DNA from: Candidatus Latescibacterota bacterium
GTDB lineage: Bacteria > Latescibacterota > UBA2968 > GCA-2709665
Direction: 5' to 3'
Assembly: GCA_965219995.1 (NCBI GenBank)
Contig: CBDCOX010000002.1
Span: 3,072,001-3,136,000 of the forward strand
Length of the DNA stretch: 64,000 bases
The notes under the pieces: model-generated
Database searches by the model: none
What the model saw: the letters and a program-made list of their open reading frames with translations, nothing else
What the model was told of the DNA's origin: nothing
Program-made: the position numbers and the translations under genes
Shown here: piece by piece, positions 10,246 to 18,818 of the stretch
How the letters are laid out: each line of letters begins with the position of its first letter
How positions within the stretch are numbered: position 1 is the first letter of the stretch

Positions 10246-11115
10246 GTGTCCTCATCGGACGGAGATGGTCTCAGACTCCTGGTCGTGGTCGCCCATCCGC
10301 ACGACCTGTGCCACATGGGCGGCACCTGCGCCCACCACGTGGATCGCGGCGACCGCGTTTCCGTGGTGGCGATCACCGCCGGGCAGCGCACCCATAACGA
10401 AAAACTGGCCGACGAACTGCGCAAGCCGCCGGACCTGAGAGACCGGGAGGTCGTCCGCGCATCGCAGGAAGGTTACGCAGAACGCAAGACAGAGGAATTC
10501 GCAAGGGTGTGCGCCGTCTTCGGCATCGCCGACGTGACCGTACTGCCGTTCTCCGATCATCCCCTCGAGGCAACGGAGGACGTGGTTGCGGCCGTCGCCG
10601 GGGTCCTGTACGACGTCCGTCCTCACATGGTTCTGACCCACGCGCCTTACACCCTGCCGGACCGGCGGTTTCAACATGCGTGGGTCAACGACCACACCGC
10701 AACCGGCATTGCGGTTCAAAAGGCGCTCAACCACGTGGGCATTCCGGACACCGAGCAGGGCCGGGCGCCCCACCGGGTGGCCGCCGTCTACTATACGGGC
10801 ATCGACTACGGATTCCACGAGGTCGACGTCTGCATCGATATTTCCGATCATGTCGACAAGCGGATAGCGGCCGAGAGAATCTTCGAGTCCCAGGGGCACA
10901 CGGCGGAATTCGCGAAAAAGCGGATCGAGTCCAGCGCCGGATTTCAGGGTTGGAAGGCCGGCACGGGCTATGCCGAGACCTTCATCCGCGGGTACCGGGA
11001 GATTTCCCGGTATCTGTCCGTCTCCGAAGAAAATCTCCGGCTGGCGGAGAGCTCTCACGAGGAACGCCTGCGCCGGATTACCGGGGGAAGTCCGCATGGC
11101 GAACAGCAGGCGTAA
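10246..11115 (+). CDS. PIG-L/LmbE family deacetylase
   Basis: VVVAHPHDL..GGT, RPHMVLTH, NDH, DISDHVDKRIAA..FESQ, YAETF. Confidence 0.8.
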   Translation: MSSSDGDGLRLLVVVAHPHDLCHMGGTCAHHVDRGDRVSVVAITAGQRTHNEKLADELRKPPDLRDREVVRASQEGYAERKTEEFARVCAVFGIADVTVLPFSDHPLEATEDVVAAVAGVLYDVRPHMVLTHAPYTLPDRRFQHAWVNDHTATGIAVQKALNHVGIPDTEQGRAPHRVAAVYYTGIDYGFHEVDVCIDISDHVDKRIAAERIFESQGHTAEFAKKRIESSAGFQGWKAGTGYAETFIRGYREISRYLSVSEENLRLAESSHEERLRRITGGSPHGEQQA

Positions 11116-11281
11116 GGCAACGGCGGGCAGATGAGCCGAACCGCCCGGGCGACGCCCCTCGAACGTGCGGTCCGGGCACGCGGGTTTGCTGTTGCCTGCA
11201 CGAACCGGATTCAACATATTCCCGCATCGACGTACGATCATCGCACGCGCATCCCACAACCCGATGGCAAGGAAGGTCTCT

Positions 11282-12847
11282 ATGCATAACGTCCGTTGTC
11301 GTTCCGTTGTCATTCTCTGTTTGATCCTTCTCCTGACACTCGTCTTACCAGTCATGGCATTTGCGCAGGATACCGCCGCCGCCGAATCGGGTAACAGCTG
11401 GATACAGAGCCACCTCGCCGACCTGGACAGGCTCTTCGGAAACACGGTCGAACTCCTGGCCGCGGTCCTCTTCGCCTCCTTCGGCACGGGCATTCCGCTC
11501 ATCGTCGTGGTGCTGCTTCTGGGCGGCATCTATTATTCCTTCTTCTTCGGATGGATCTCCGTGAAGGGGTTCCGCCACTCCATCGACATCATCCGGGGAC
11601 GCTACGACAATCCGAACGACCCCGGTGAGATTTCACATTTCCAGGCTCTCACCAGCGCGCTCTCGGCAACGGTCGGACTCGGTAACATCGCCGGCGTCGC
11701 CATCGCCGTCAGCCTCGGCGGCCCGGGAGCGATCTTCTGGATGCTCGTTACCGCGGTCTTCGGCATGTCCTCCAAGCTCGCCTCGTGCACCCTTGCCGTC
11801 ATGTACAGGAAGATACACCCGGACGGCCGCGTCTCCGGCGGCCCGATGTATTACCTGGAGAACGGTCTCAAACTCAAGGGAATGGGGGAATTCGGCCGTA
11901 CCCTTGCGGTGATGTTCGCCTTTCTGACCGTGGGAGGAAGCCTGGGCGGCGGCAATATGTTCCAGGCCAATCAGACGCTGGAAATCCTGGGCACCGTCTC
12001 GCCGGTCTTCAAGACCTACAACTGGCTGGTCGGCATCGTGCTCGCCGCGATGGTCGCCGTCGTGATCATCGGAGGCATCCGGCGAATCGGCCGCGTCACG
12101 TCGCGGGTGGTTCCTACCATGTGCCTGTTGTACGTGGCCACGTGCCTGCTGATCATCCTCTCCAACTTTACCCGCATCCCCGAGATGCTGGTCACCATCT
12201 TCGGCCAGGCCTTTTCGCCCCAGGCGCTCTACGGCGGCTTCATCGGCGTGCTGGTCACCGGTATCCGGCGCGCCGCCTTCTCGAACGAAGCGGGCCTCGG
12301 ATCCGCGGCGTTCGCGCATGCCGCCGCCAAAACCGACGAACCCGCCCGGGAGGGCATGGTCGCGATGATCGGGCCGTTCATCGACACGATCGTCATCTGC
12401 CTGATGACGGGCCTCGTCTGTCTGATCACCGGCGTCTATGCAGATCCTCAATTCCTCGGCCAGGCTCAGCAGGGGCAGCCCGTCGGCGCCGCGATGACGG
12501 CCGCCGCTTTCGAGACGTTCATCCCCGGCGCACGCCACGTGCTGGCCATTGCCGTTGTGCTCTTCGCGTATTCCACCATGATTTCCTGGTCCTATTACGG
12601 AGAGCGGGCCTGGGAGTATCTCTTCGGCGACGGGACGATTCTCGTGTATCGCATCATCTTCGTCGTCTTTGTCTTCCTGGGCGCCGTTACCGCGCTGACC
12701 AACGTACTGAACTTTACCGACATGATGATTCTGGGAATGGCCTTCCCGAACATCATCGGCGGCGTGATCCTCAGCCCCCATATCAAGGCAACGCTCAACG
12801 AATACTGGGACCGGCTGAAATCCGGGCAGATGAAGGTTTACAAGTAA
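11282..12847 (+). CDS. Alanine/glycine:cation symporter (AGCS family)
   Basis: SHFQALTSALSATVGLGNIAGVA, GGPGAIFWM, GGPMYY, FSNEAGLGSA, PFIDT; start taken at ATG 11282 after AAGGAAGG. Confidence 0.93.
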   Translation: MHNVRCRSVVILCLILLLTLVLPVMAFAQDTAAAESGNSWIQSHLADLDRLFGNTVELLAAVLFASFGTGIPLIVVVLLLGGIYYSFFFGWISVKGFRHSIDIIRGRYDNPNDPGEISHFQALTSALSATVGLGNIAGVAIAVSLGGPGAIFWMLVTAVFGMSSKLASCTLAVMYRKIHPDGRVSGGPMYYLENGLKLKGMGEFGRTLAVMFAFLTVGGSLGGGNMFQANQTLEILGTVSPVFKTYNWLVGIVLAAMVAVVIIGGIRRIGRVTSRVVPTMCLLYVATCLLIILSNFTRIPEMLVTIFGQAFSPQALYGGFIGVLVTGIRRAAFSNEAGLGSAAFAHAAAKTDEPAREGMVAMIGPFIDTIVICLMTGLVCLITGVYADPQFLGQAQQGQPVGAAMTAAAFETFIPGARHVLAIAVVLFAYSTMISWSYYGERAWEYLFGDGTILVYRIIFVVFVFLGAVTALTNVLNFTDMMILGMAFPNIIGGVILSPHIKATLNEYWDRLKSGQMKVYK

Positions 12848-12863
12848 CCGCGCACATCCGCAG

Positions 12864-12900
12864 AAGAGGGGCGCTGCAACATCGCAGCGCCCCTTTTTTT
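12864..12900 (+). terminator. Rho-independent terminator
   Basis: AGGGGCGCTGC-loop-GCAGCGCCCCT followed by a T run, just after the symporter stop. Confidence 0.85.
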
Positions 12901-12904
12901 ATTG

Positions 12905-13031
12905 GGAAGACGTAAGACGGTAGACGGTAGATGACGTCCGTGCCCGATTGGTTCTTCCTTAATGCCTCCGGCAAGAAATGAAACCGCACAGGGCAGACAA
13001 TCTCTCACGTCTCACGTCTACCCTCTCACCG
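12905..13031 (+). repeat. Modular heptamer-armed hairpin element, copy 2 (single core A)
   Basis: AGACGTAAGACGGTAGACGGTAG-ATGAC core A at 12931, then the inverted arm TCTCACGTCTCACGTCTACCCTCTCACCG. Confidence 0.9.
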
Positions 13032-13037
13032 CCTCTT

Positions 13038-14012
13038 CTATACATCCGCGATCGATACCGGTTCGCCGGTTTCGAGAGACCGGTTCACCGCCACCACGAC
13101 CTCCTGCGTCCTTACGGCATCCGAGTACGGACACCGCAGCTTCGATCCGTCGCCTGTACGCACCGCTTCGATGAAGGCGTTGTCCATCTCCTGCCAGTAA
13201 GGGTTGCCCACCTCGATGTGTTCCGACCGGTCGCCCTGCACAACGGTAATGGATTTTCTCTCGTTGTACTGGATTACCATATCTTTCGTGAAAATATCCA
13301 GCCCGCCGCGATGTCCGCACGACAGGAAACAGGCCGAAAAGAGCGTCGCCAGCATGCCATTTTCGAAAATCAACGTGGCCGCGCTCGCGTCTTCGATATC
13401 GTAGCCCTCCACGTCCGTCATCAACCCCGTACGGCCCCCTGCGAATACGGTTTTCACCTCGCCGAACAGATACCGGGCCATATCGGTCACGTGGACCGTT
13501 TGCTCGACGGCCTGACCGCCGGACATTCGCTTCCGCCGCCACCAGGGGGTGCCCGGCAGCCCGCCCATCCAGTACCCGATGGCCAGCCCCACCGGACGGT
13601 CCGCAAGCAGGTCCCGCGTCCTGTCGATGATGTCCAGGTACCTGCCCTGGAAGCCCACGCAGGAGATCACGCCGTGCTCCCGGATGGCCGCGTCAGCCTC
13701 CCGCGCCGTCTCCATACCGAGCGAGATCGGTTTCTCGACGAAGAGCGCGATTCCCTTTTCCGCGGCCATAATCTCCTGCTTCTCGTGCGCAAACGGCGGA
13801 ATGCAGATGTAAACCGCATCCAATTCCACTTCGTTCAACATGGACCGGTAGTCGGTGAATACGCTTGCATCCCACTCCGCGGCGGCCGCGGCGGCCTTCG
13901 CCCGTTCCACGTCGCAAACGGCCACGACCGACACGTCGTCTATACGTTTCAAGTGCCGGCGATGCGCGCGTGAGATGTTGCCCGCGCCAATAAACCCAAC
14001 CTTCACCGTCAT
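13038..14012 (-). CDS. Gfo/Idh/MocA family oxidoreductase
   Basis: VGFIGAGNIS Rossmann motif, LFVEKPI, SGGQAVEQTVHVTD. Confidence 0.92.
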   Translation of the reverse strand: MTVKVGFIGAGNISRAHRRHLKRIDDVSVVAVCDVERAKAAAAAAEWDASVFTDYRSMLNEVELDAVYICIPPFAHEKQEIMAAEKGIALFVEKPISLGMETAREADAAIREHGVISCVGFQGRYLDIIDRTRDLLADRPVGLAIGYWMGGLPGTPWWRRKRMSGGQAVEQTVHVTDMARYLFGEVKTVFAGGRTGLMTDVEGYDIEDASAATLIFENGMLATLFSACFLSCGHRGGLDIFTKDMVIQYNERKSITVVQGDRSEHIEVGNPYWQEMDNAFIEAVRTGDGSKLRCPYSDAVRTQEVVVAVNRSLETGEPVSIADV

Positions 14013-14063
14013 CCTCATATCCTTTACGGAATACGATCCCTGACGGCCGGCGCCGTCCGGTAT

Positions 14064-16838
14064 CTATTTCAACTCTTCCTTCAGCGCCCTGATCGTCTCC
14101 TCCAGCGCCTTCATTTCCTTGCCCGCCAGCTCCCAGTCCCACTGCTGCAGGGCCGAACGCACACGGGAATAGTGGGCATCGGCTTTTGCCGCCAGTTCGG
14201 CGGCGGATTGTCCGGTCTGCATGGCTACGTGAGCCGCGGGCGCTTCCTCTTCACCGACCGCAACGGTGGCGCCTGCTCCGGCCCCGAACAACTCCGACAG
14301 GGCCTCTTCGAATGTACTCCGCATCACCACCTGCCCGCCGAAAGCGACAATCACCTGCTTCAACTCCGGAATCGCCGTACTGCGTTCCTGCTGCCGCCTG
14401 GCCGGCGGCTGGCCGCCGGGCATGCCCTCTTCCTGTCCGTACGCCTGCTGTTCGGGCTCCTGCCTCGCTTGCAGATAGATGGGTTCAACGTAGATGAACG
14501 ACCGCTCCACCGGGATGGCCAGCAGGTTTCCGCGGATCACCTCCGAGCCCCGCTGCCCCCACAACGTGAGCTGGCTGGAGATTTCCGGCTGCTGGTCCAC
14601 CCGCGCTTCGATCTGCATCGGGCCGTAGATCAGCTTGTCTTTGGGCAGTTTGTACACCAGCAGATGACCATAGTTTTCACCGTCGGACCGAGCCGCGAGC
14701 CAGGCGATCATATTGTCCCGCTTTTCGGGCGTAAACGGGACCATCAGCAGGAATTCCTCCCGCTCCTCGCCGGGCAGCTTGACGATAATGTAGTAGGGAA
14801 GCATCTTCTGCGGCTGGTCGCTGTAGATCTCGTTCGGAATCTCCCAGAGATCTTCCTGGTTGAAGAAGACGTTGACGTCTTCCATGTGATATGTCCGATA
14901 CATGATCGCCTGTCTGAAAAACAGGTCGATGGGATACCTCACATGCGCCCTGAGACCTTCCGGCATCGCGGACATCGGCTGGAACACGCCCGGGAACATT
15001 TCACCGTACGCACGAATCAGCGGATCTTCCGTATCCACCTGATAGAAACTGACCGTGCCGTTATACGCGTCGACCACGACCTTCACGGAATTCCTGATGT
15101 AGTTGATCCGCATGCGTCCCGACCGCGTCGAATACGGATACATGTCCGAGATCGTGTACGCATCCTGTATCCAGTAAAGCCTGCCTTCGGACGCCACGAC
15201 GTAGGGATCGGTGTCGTACATGAGGAAGGGTACCAGCGTCTGAACCCGCTCCCGGATCTGACGTCTGAACATGATTCGGCTTTCCGGCAATATGTAGCCG
15301 CTCAACAGAAGGCTCACGTCCCAGAACCGGATGGCAAACGACAGCCGATTGATAAAACCGCCCGTGGGAACGCCGCCCATCCCCTCGTACGTCGAATACT
15401 GGTTCTCGTCGCCTTTCGGATAGTCGAATTCCTCGATGCCCGTCTTCACCACCACGTAAGCGTAGGTTCTTTCACCGTAATAGATCTCCGGCCTCTCGAC
15501 CTCCAGTCCGGAAACCGAAACGGGCGGAATGTCCTTGACCATGAACGCCGGCAGACCCTCCGGGGTCACGTGGTTCACCGGGCTGATGGTCACCCCGTAT
15601 CCGTGGGTATACTGCAGGCGTTCGTTGACCCAGTTTCTGGCCTGGGCCGGCAAACGGTTGGTATCCAGTTCCCGGGCGGACAACATCACCTGTCTGTAAA
15701 CCCCGTCTACCGTATACCGGTCCACGTCCACGCTCGGAAAGACATAGTACGGCCGGATCTCCTGCACCTGCTGATAGGTCTGCTTGAGGGGGCGCTCATC
15801 CCAGATCCGGATATTGCGCATTGTCAGGGGATTTGCCTGAATATCCGCCAAAGAGAGGTCTTCGGAAGCCTCGAACGGCTGCTCGTCGATCCGGTCCAGC
15901 CCGTATGCCCGGTTCGTCGCCTCGATGTTATATTTGATATAGGGACCTTCCCGCCGGAGTTCGCTTGGCTCCACCACCAGCTTCTGGACCACGGTCGCGG
16001 GGACCGCCCCCACGACGATGGTACCGATAACCAGCACGCCGACGCCCCTGAGCGGCAACCGGGAATTGGGCTTCCTGACGTTCAGAAACAGGAAGACCGC
16101 CGTCGCCAGAAAGACGATCACCATCACCCAGTAGGCCCAGATCTGAACGTTGACGTCCACGTAACCGGCGCCGAAAAACCGACCCTGCGAGTAGAGCAGG
16201 CCGTAAATCTTCAGCCGGTACTTCCACGCCAGCGCCAGAAGGAATACGCCGCCCAGTCCCGACAGATGGGCCATGGGACGTTCCCCCACCTCGAGACCTT
16301 CCCGGATACCAATGCCCCCCGCCGCGACGTACATCACCACCACGATCAGCGCCGACAGCACCAGTGCCGCAATCAGAAACCCGGACAGGAAATCGTAGAA
16401 CGGCAGCAGGAACACATAGAAGCCCACCTCCCGATTGAATATCGGATCCACGGCGCCGAACGGCTGTTCGTAGAGGTACCTCAGCAGAACCGGCCACTGG
16501 CTGGCGCCGATGTTGCCCAGGATGAATACCAATACAGCCGCGATGAACACCTGGGTTTTCCTGGACTGCAATACGCCGGCGGGTTCGTCGTCAACCCGTA
16601 CCGCACGCTGTGTTACGCGTCCCGCAATCAACAGGTTCACCCCCACCACGATTGCCGCGATCGCGCCGAAAATCATGCCCGATCCGAAGCGGGCGCGAAT
16701 GATACGCCAGAACACCGAATCGTATTCCAGGCTTCTGAACCACAGCCAGTCGGTATAGTACGATACCAGGAAACTGATTCCGAAAAACCCGCCAACCAGC
16801 ACGGCAAGAACGATCCACCCCCGCGGACGCCGATCCAT
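14064..16838 (-). CDS. UPF0182 family membrane protein
   Basis: YTDWLWFRSL, DPIFNREVGFYVF, NIRIWD, YTHGYG, NYIRNSVK, GNLLAIPV..YVEPIY; AAAGGAG RBS before ATG 16838. Confidence 0.92.
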   Translation of the reverse strand: MDRRPRGWIVLAVLVGGFFGISFLVSYYTDWLWFRSLEYDSVFWRIIRARFGSGMIFGAIAAIVVGVNLLIAGRVTQRAVRVDDEPAGVLQSRKTQVFIAAVLVFILGNIGASQWPVLLRYLYEQPFGAVDPIFNREVGFYVFLLPFYDFLSGFLIAALVLSALIVVVMYVAAGGIGIREGLEVGERPMAHLSGLGGVFLLALAWKYRLKIYGLLYSQGRFFGAGYVDVNVQIWAYWVMVIVFLATAVFLFLNVRKPNSRLPLRGVGVLVIGTIVVGAVPATVVQKLVVEPSELRREGPYIKYNIEATNRAYGLDRIDEQPFEASEDLSLADIQANPLTMRNIRIWDERPLKQTYQQVQEIRPYYVFPSVDVDRYTVDGVYRQVMLSARELDTNRLPAQARNWVNERLQYTHGYGVTISPVNHVTPEGLPAFMVKDIPPVSVSGLEVERPEIYYGERTYAYVVVKTGIEEFDYPKGDENQYSTYEGMGGVPTGGFINRLSFAIRFWDVSLLLSGYILPESRIMFRRQIRERVQTLVPFLMYDTDPYVVASEGRLYWIQDAYTISDMYPYSTRSGRMRINYIRNSVKVVVDAYNGTVSFYQVDTEDPLIRAYGEMFPGVFQPMSAMPEGLRAHVRYPIDLFFRQAIMYRTYHMEDVNVFFNQEDLWEIPNEIYSDQPQKMLPYYIIVKLPGEEREEFLLMVPFTPEKRDNMIAWLAARSDGENYGHLLVYKLPKDKLIYGPMQIEARVDQQPEISSQLTLWGQRGSEVIRGNLLAIPVERSFIYVEPIYLQARQEPEQQAYGQEEGMPGGQPPARRQQERSTAIPELKQVIVAFGGQVVMRSTFEEALSELFGAGAGATVAVGEEEAPAAHVAMQTGQSAAELAAKADAHYSRVRSALQQWDWELAGKEMKALEETIRALKEELK

Positions 16839-17040
16839 GATTTCTCCTTTTCCGAGTACACGACGAAACGATGAATTCGACAACAAGAAAACAAAAAAAC
16901 CGCTTGCTGTCAGCAAAAACATTTCGGCGCCCCGGTGCGGACATTGCGCCGCGCCTAATCGTTGACATCCGGCGCCGCATTAATCTTATTGTCCGTATCG
17001 TACATCGGTTTCGCGGCATGACCCGAATCAGGAGAACGCC

Positions 17041-17829
17041 ATGTCGGAATTTCAGGATAAAGCGGTCATCGTCACCGGCGGGGCAAAGGGCATCGGCAGC
17101 GGCATCTGCCTGGCTTTCGCCAGGGAGGGCGCCCGTGTGCTCTGCGCCGACGTGGACGTAAAGGCAGGTAGACGTCTGGCCGCGGAAAGCGACGCCCTCC
17201 CGGGCCATATCCGCTTCCAGGAGGCGGACGTCGCACGGGACGACGCGTGTCGCGGGCTGGCGGGGACCGCCGTTTCGGAGTGGGGCGGCGTGGATATCCT
17301 CTGCAACAACGTGGGCATTCAGCCGACCGACAGCTACCTGCCTGCACACGAACTGCCCGAAGACACGTGGGACGCCATCCTGAACGTCAACCTGAAGAGC
17401 GCCTTCCTGATGACCCGGCACTGCGTCCCGGAGATGATCAAACGCGGAGGCGGCGTGATTATCAACACGGCCAGCGTCCAGGGTCTTCAGTCCACCAAAG
17501 GCGTCTGCGCCTACGCCGCCAGCAAAGGCGGCATCCTCTCGCTGACGCGGCAACTCGCCCTGGAATACGCCGAAGACAATGTGCGCGTGCTTGCGGTCAA
17601 CCCCGGCACCATCGACACCCCTCTGGTCGACGAAGCCCTGAAGGCCATGGGCGGCGACGAGAAGGAACAGCGCGAACGGATGGGCCGGTCCCATCCCATA
17701 GGCCGGATCGGAACCCCCGACGATATCGCGCAGGCCGTCCTGTTCCTCGCCAGCGAAAAAGCCTCGTTCATGACGGGCGAGAACGTGTGCGTGGACGGCG
17801 GCATGATGGCCAGAGGCGCCTGGAGCTGA
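17041..17829 (+). CDS. SDR family oxidoreductase
   Basis: TGGAKGIG, NNVG, YAASKGG, PGTIDT, DGG. Confidence 0.93.
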   Translation: MSEFQDKAVIVTGGAKGIGSGICLAFAREGARVLCADVDVKAGRRLAAESDALPGHIRFQEADVARDDACRGLAGTAVSEWGGVDILCNNVGIQPTDSYLPAHELPEDTWDAILNVNLKSAFLMTRHCVPEMIKRGGGVIINTASVQGLQSTKGVCAYAASKGGILSLTRQLALEYAEDNVRVLAVNPGTIDTPLVDEALKAMGGDEKEQRERMGRSHPIGRIGTPDDIAQAVLFLASEKASFMTGENVCVDGGMMARGAWS

Positions 17830-17857
17830 TCATCCATCCAGGGTCACAACCGCATCT

Positions 17858-18313
17858 ATGGACTTTCATCCCTTTATCGTCCACTTCCCCGTCGCCCTGC
17901 TCACCGTCGGCTTCTTCTGCGACGCCGCCGGCGTTCTTCTCCGCAGGGACCACCTCCTCCGCACCGGCTACCTCCTTCTGGTTCTGGGCGCCGTCTCCGC
18001 GATCGCGGCCGCCCTCACCGGAAACGCGGCCGAGGACAACGCCGCCCGAGTCCCCGGCATCGCCGCCGCGCTCGAGCAGCACGAGTCCATCTCCACCGCA
18101 GCCACATGGCTGGCCATCGGGCTTGCCCTCTTCCGCACCCACCTCACCGTCAGGAGGAAGTTCGCCGGGAACCTCCGGTTCGCGTATTTCGTGGTCGCGG
18201 CCGCAACGGCTGTTCTCATTGCCGTCAGCGGATACACCGGAGGCCGAATGAGTTATGAATACGGGCCGGGTATCAGGCCTGTGATGGAAACCCTGGAAGC
18301 GGGGAGACGGTAG
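17858..18313 (+). CDS. DUF2231-family membrane protein
   Basis: HPFIVHFPVALL, four TM helices, GYTGGRMSYEYG. The TAG stop lies inside the downstream repeat arm. Confidence 0.8.
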   Translation: MDFHPFIVHFPVALLTVGFFCDAAGVLLRRDHLLRTGYLLLVLGAVSAIAAALTGNAAEDNAARVPGIAAALEQHESISTAATWLAIGLALFRTHLTVRRKFAGNLRFAYFVVAAATAVLIAVSGYTGGRMSYEYGPGIRPVMETLEAGRR

Positions 18314-18671
18314 ATGACATCAATGCCTTGTTGGTTCTACCTTTATGCCTCCGGCAAGAAATGAAGACCCACGCGGCAATAAAATCGGTGAGACGTAAGA
18401 GGGTAGACGGTAGAAAAAAGCGGTAAGACGTGAGACGGTAGACGGTAGATGACATCATTGCCGGATTGGTTATTCCATAATGCCTCCGGCAAGAGGTGAA
18501 ACCACACGGGGCAATAAAACCCGTTAGACGCAAGACGGTAGACGGTAGATGAAGACATTTACAGCAGTGTTTCTACACAAACCGTGCCTGCTAATTTACC
18601 GTTATCGTAGCAATCAAGAAAAACTATAGGGCACTGATATCATCTCCCGTCTAACGTCTCCCGTCTCACCG
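18298..18671 (+). repeat. Modular heptamer-armed hairpin element, copy 3 (A + A + B)
   Basis: Core A at 18314 and 18449, core B at 18549, separated by AGACGGT heptamer runs; inverted arm at 18640-18671. Confidence 0.9.
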
Positions 18672-18818
18672 CATTGCTTGCGTTTCGTTCTTGATCGGTG
18701 AGGCGTTGTACGCTACCTTTCGAGCGAATGGCGCGAGCGCGTCCACGCCGTTCCGGGCGCCGTTTTTCGCCGCGGCCGGCACATTGTCATATAAGCTTGT
18801 TCGGAAAGGCCCGACAGC

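Noticed and set aside
11116-11281. Glycine riboswitch upstream of the AGCS symporter
   Set aside because: The hallmark GGAGA...CCGAAG...CTCTCAGG elements are not seen.
18298-18671. CRISPR array interpretation of the arm/core alternation
   Set aside because: The 'spacers' are conserved homologous cores of 70-95 bp, the repeats are degenerate heptamers, and no cas genes are present.
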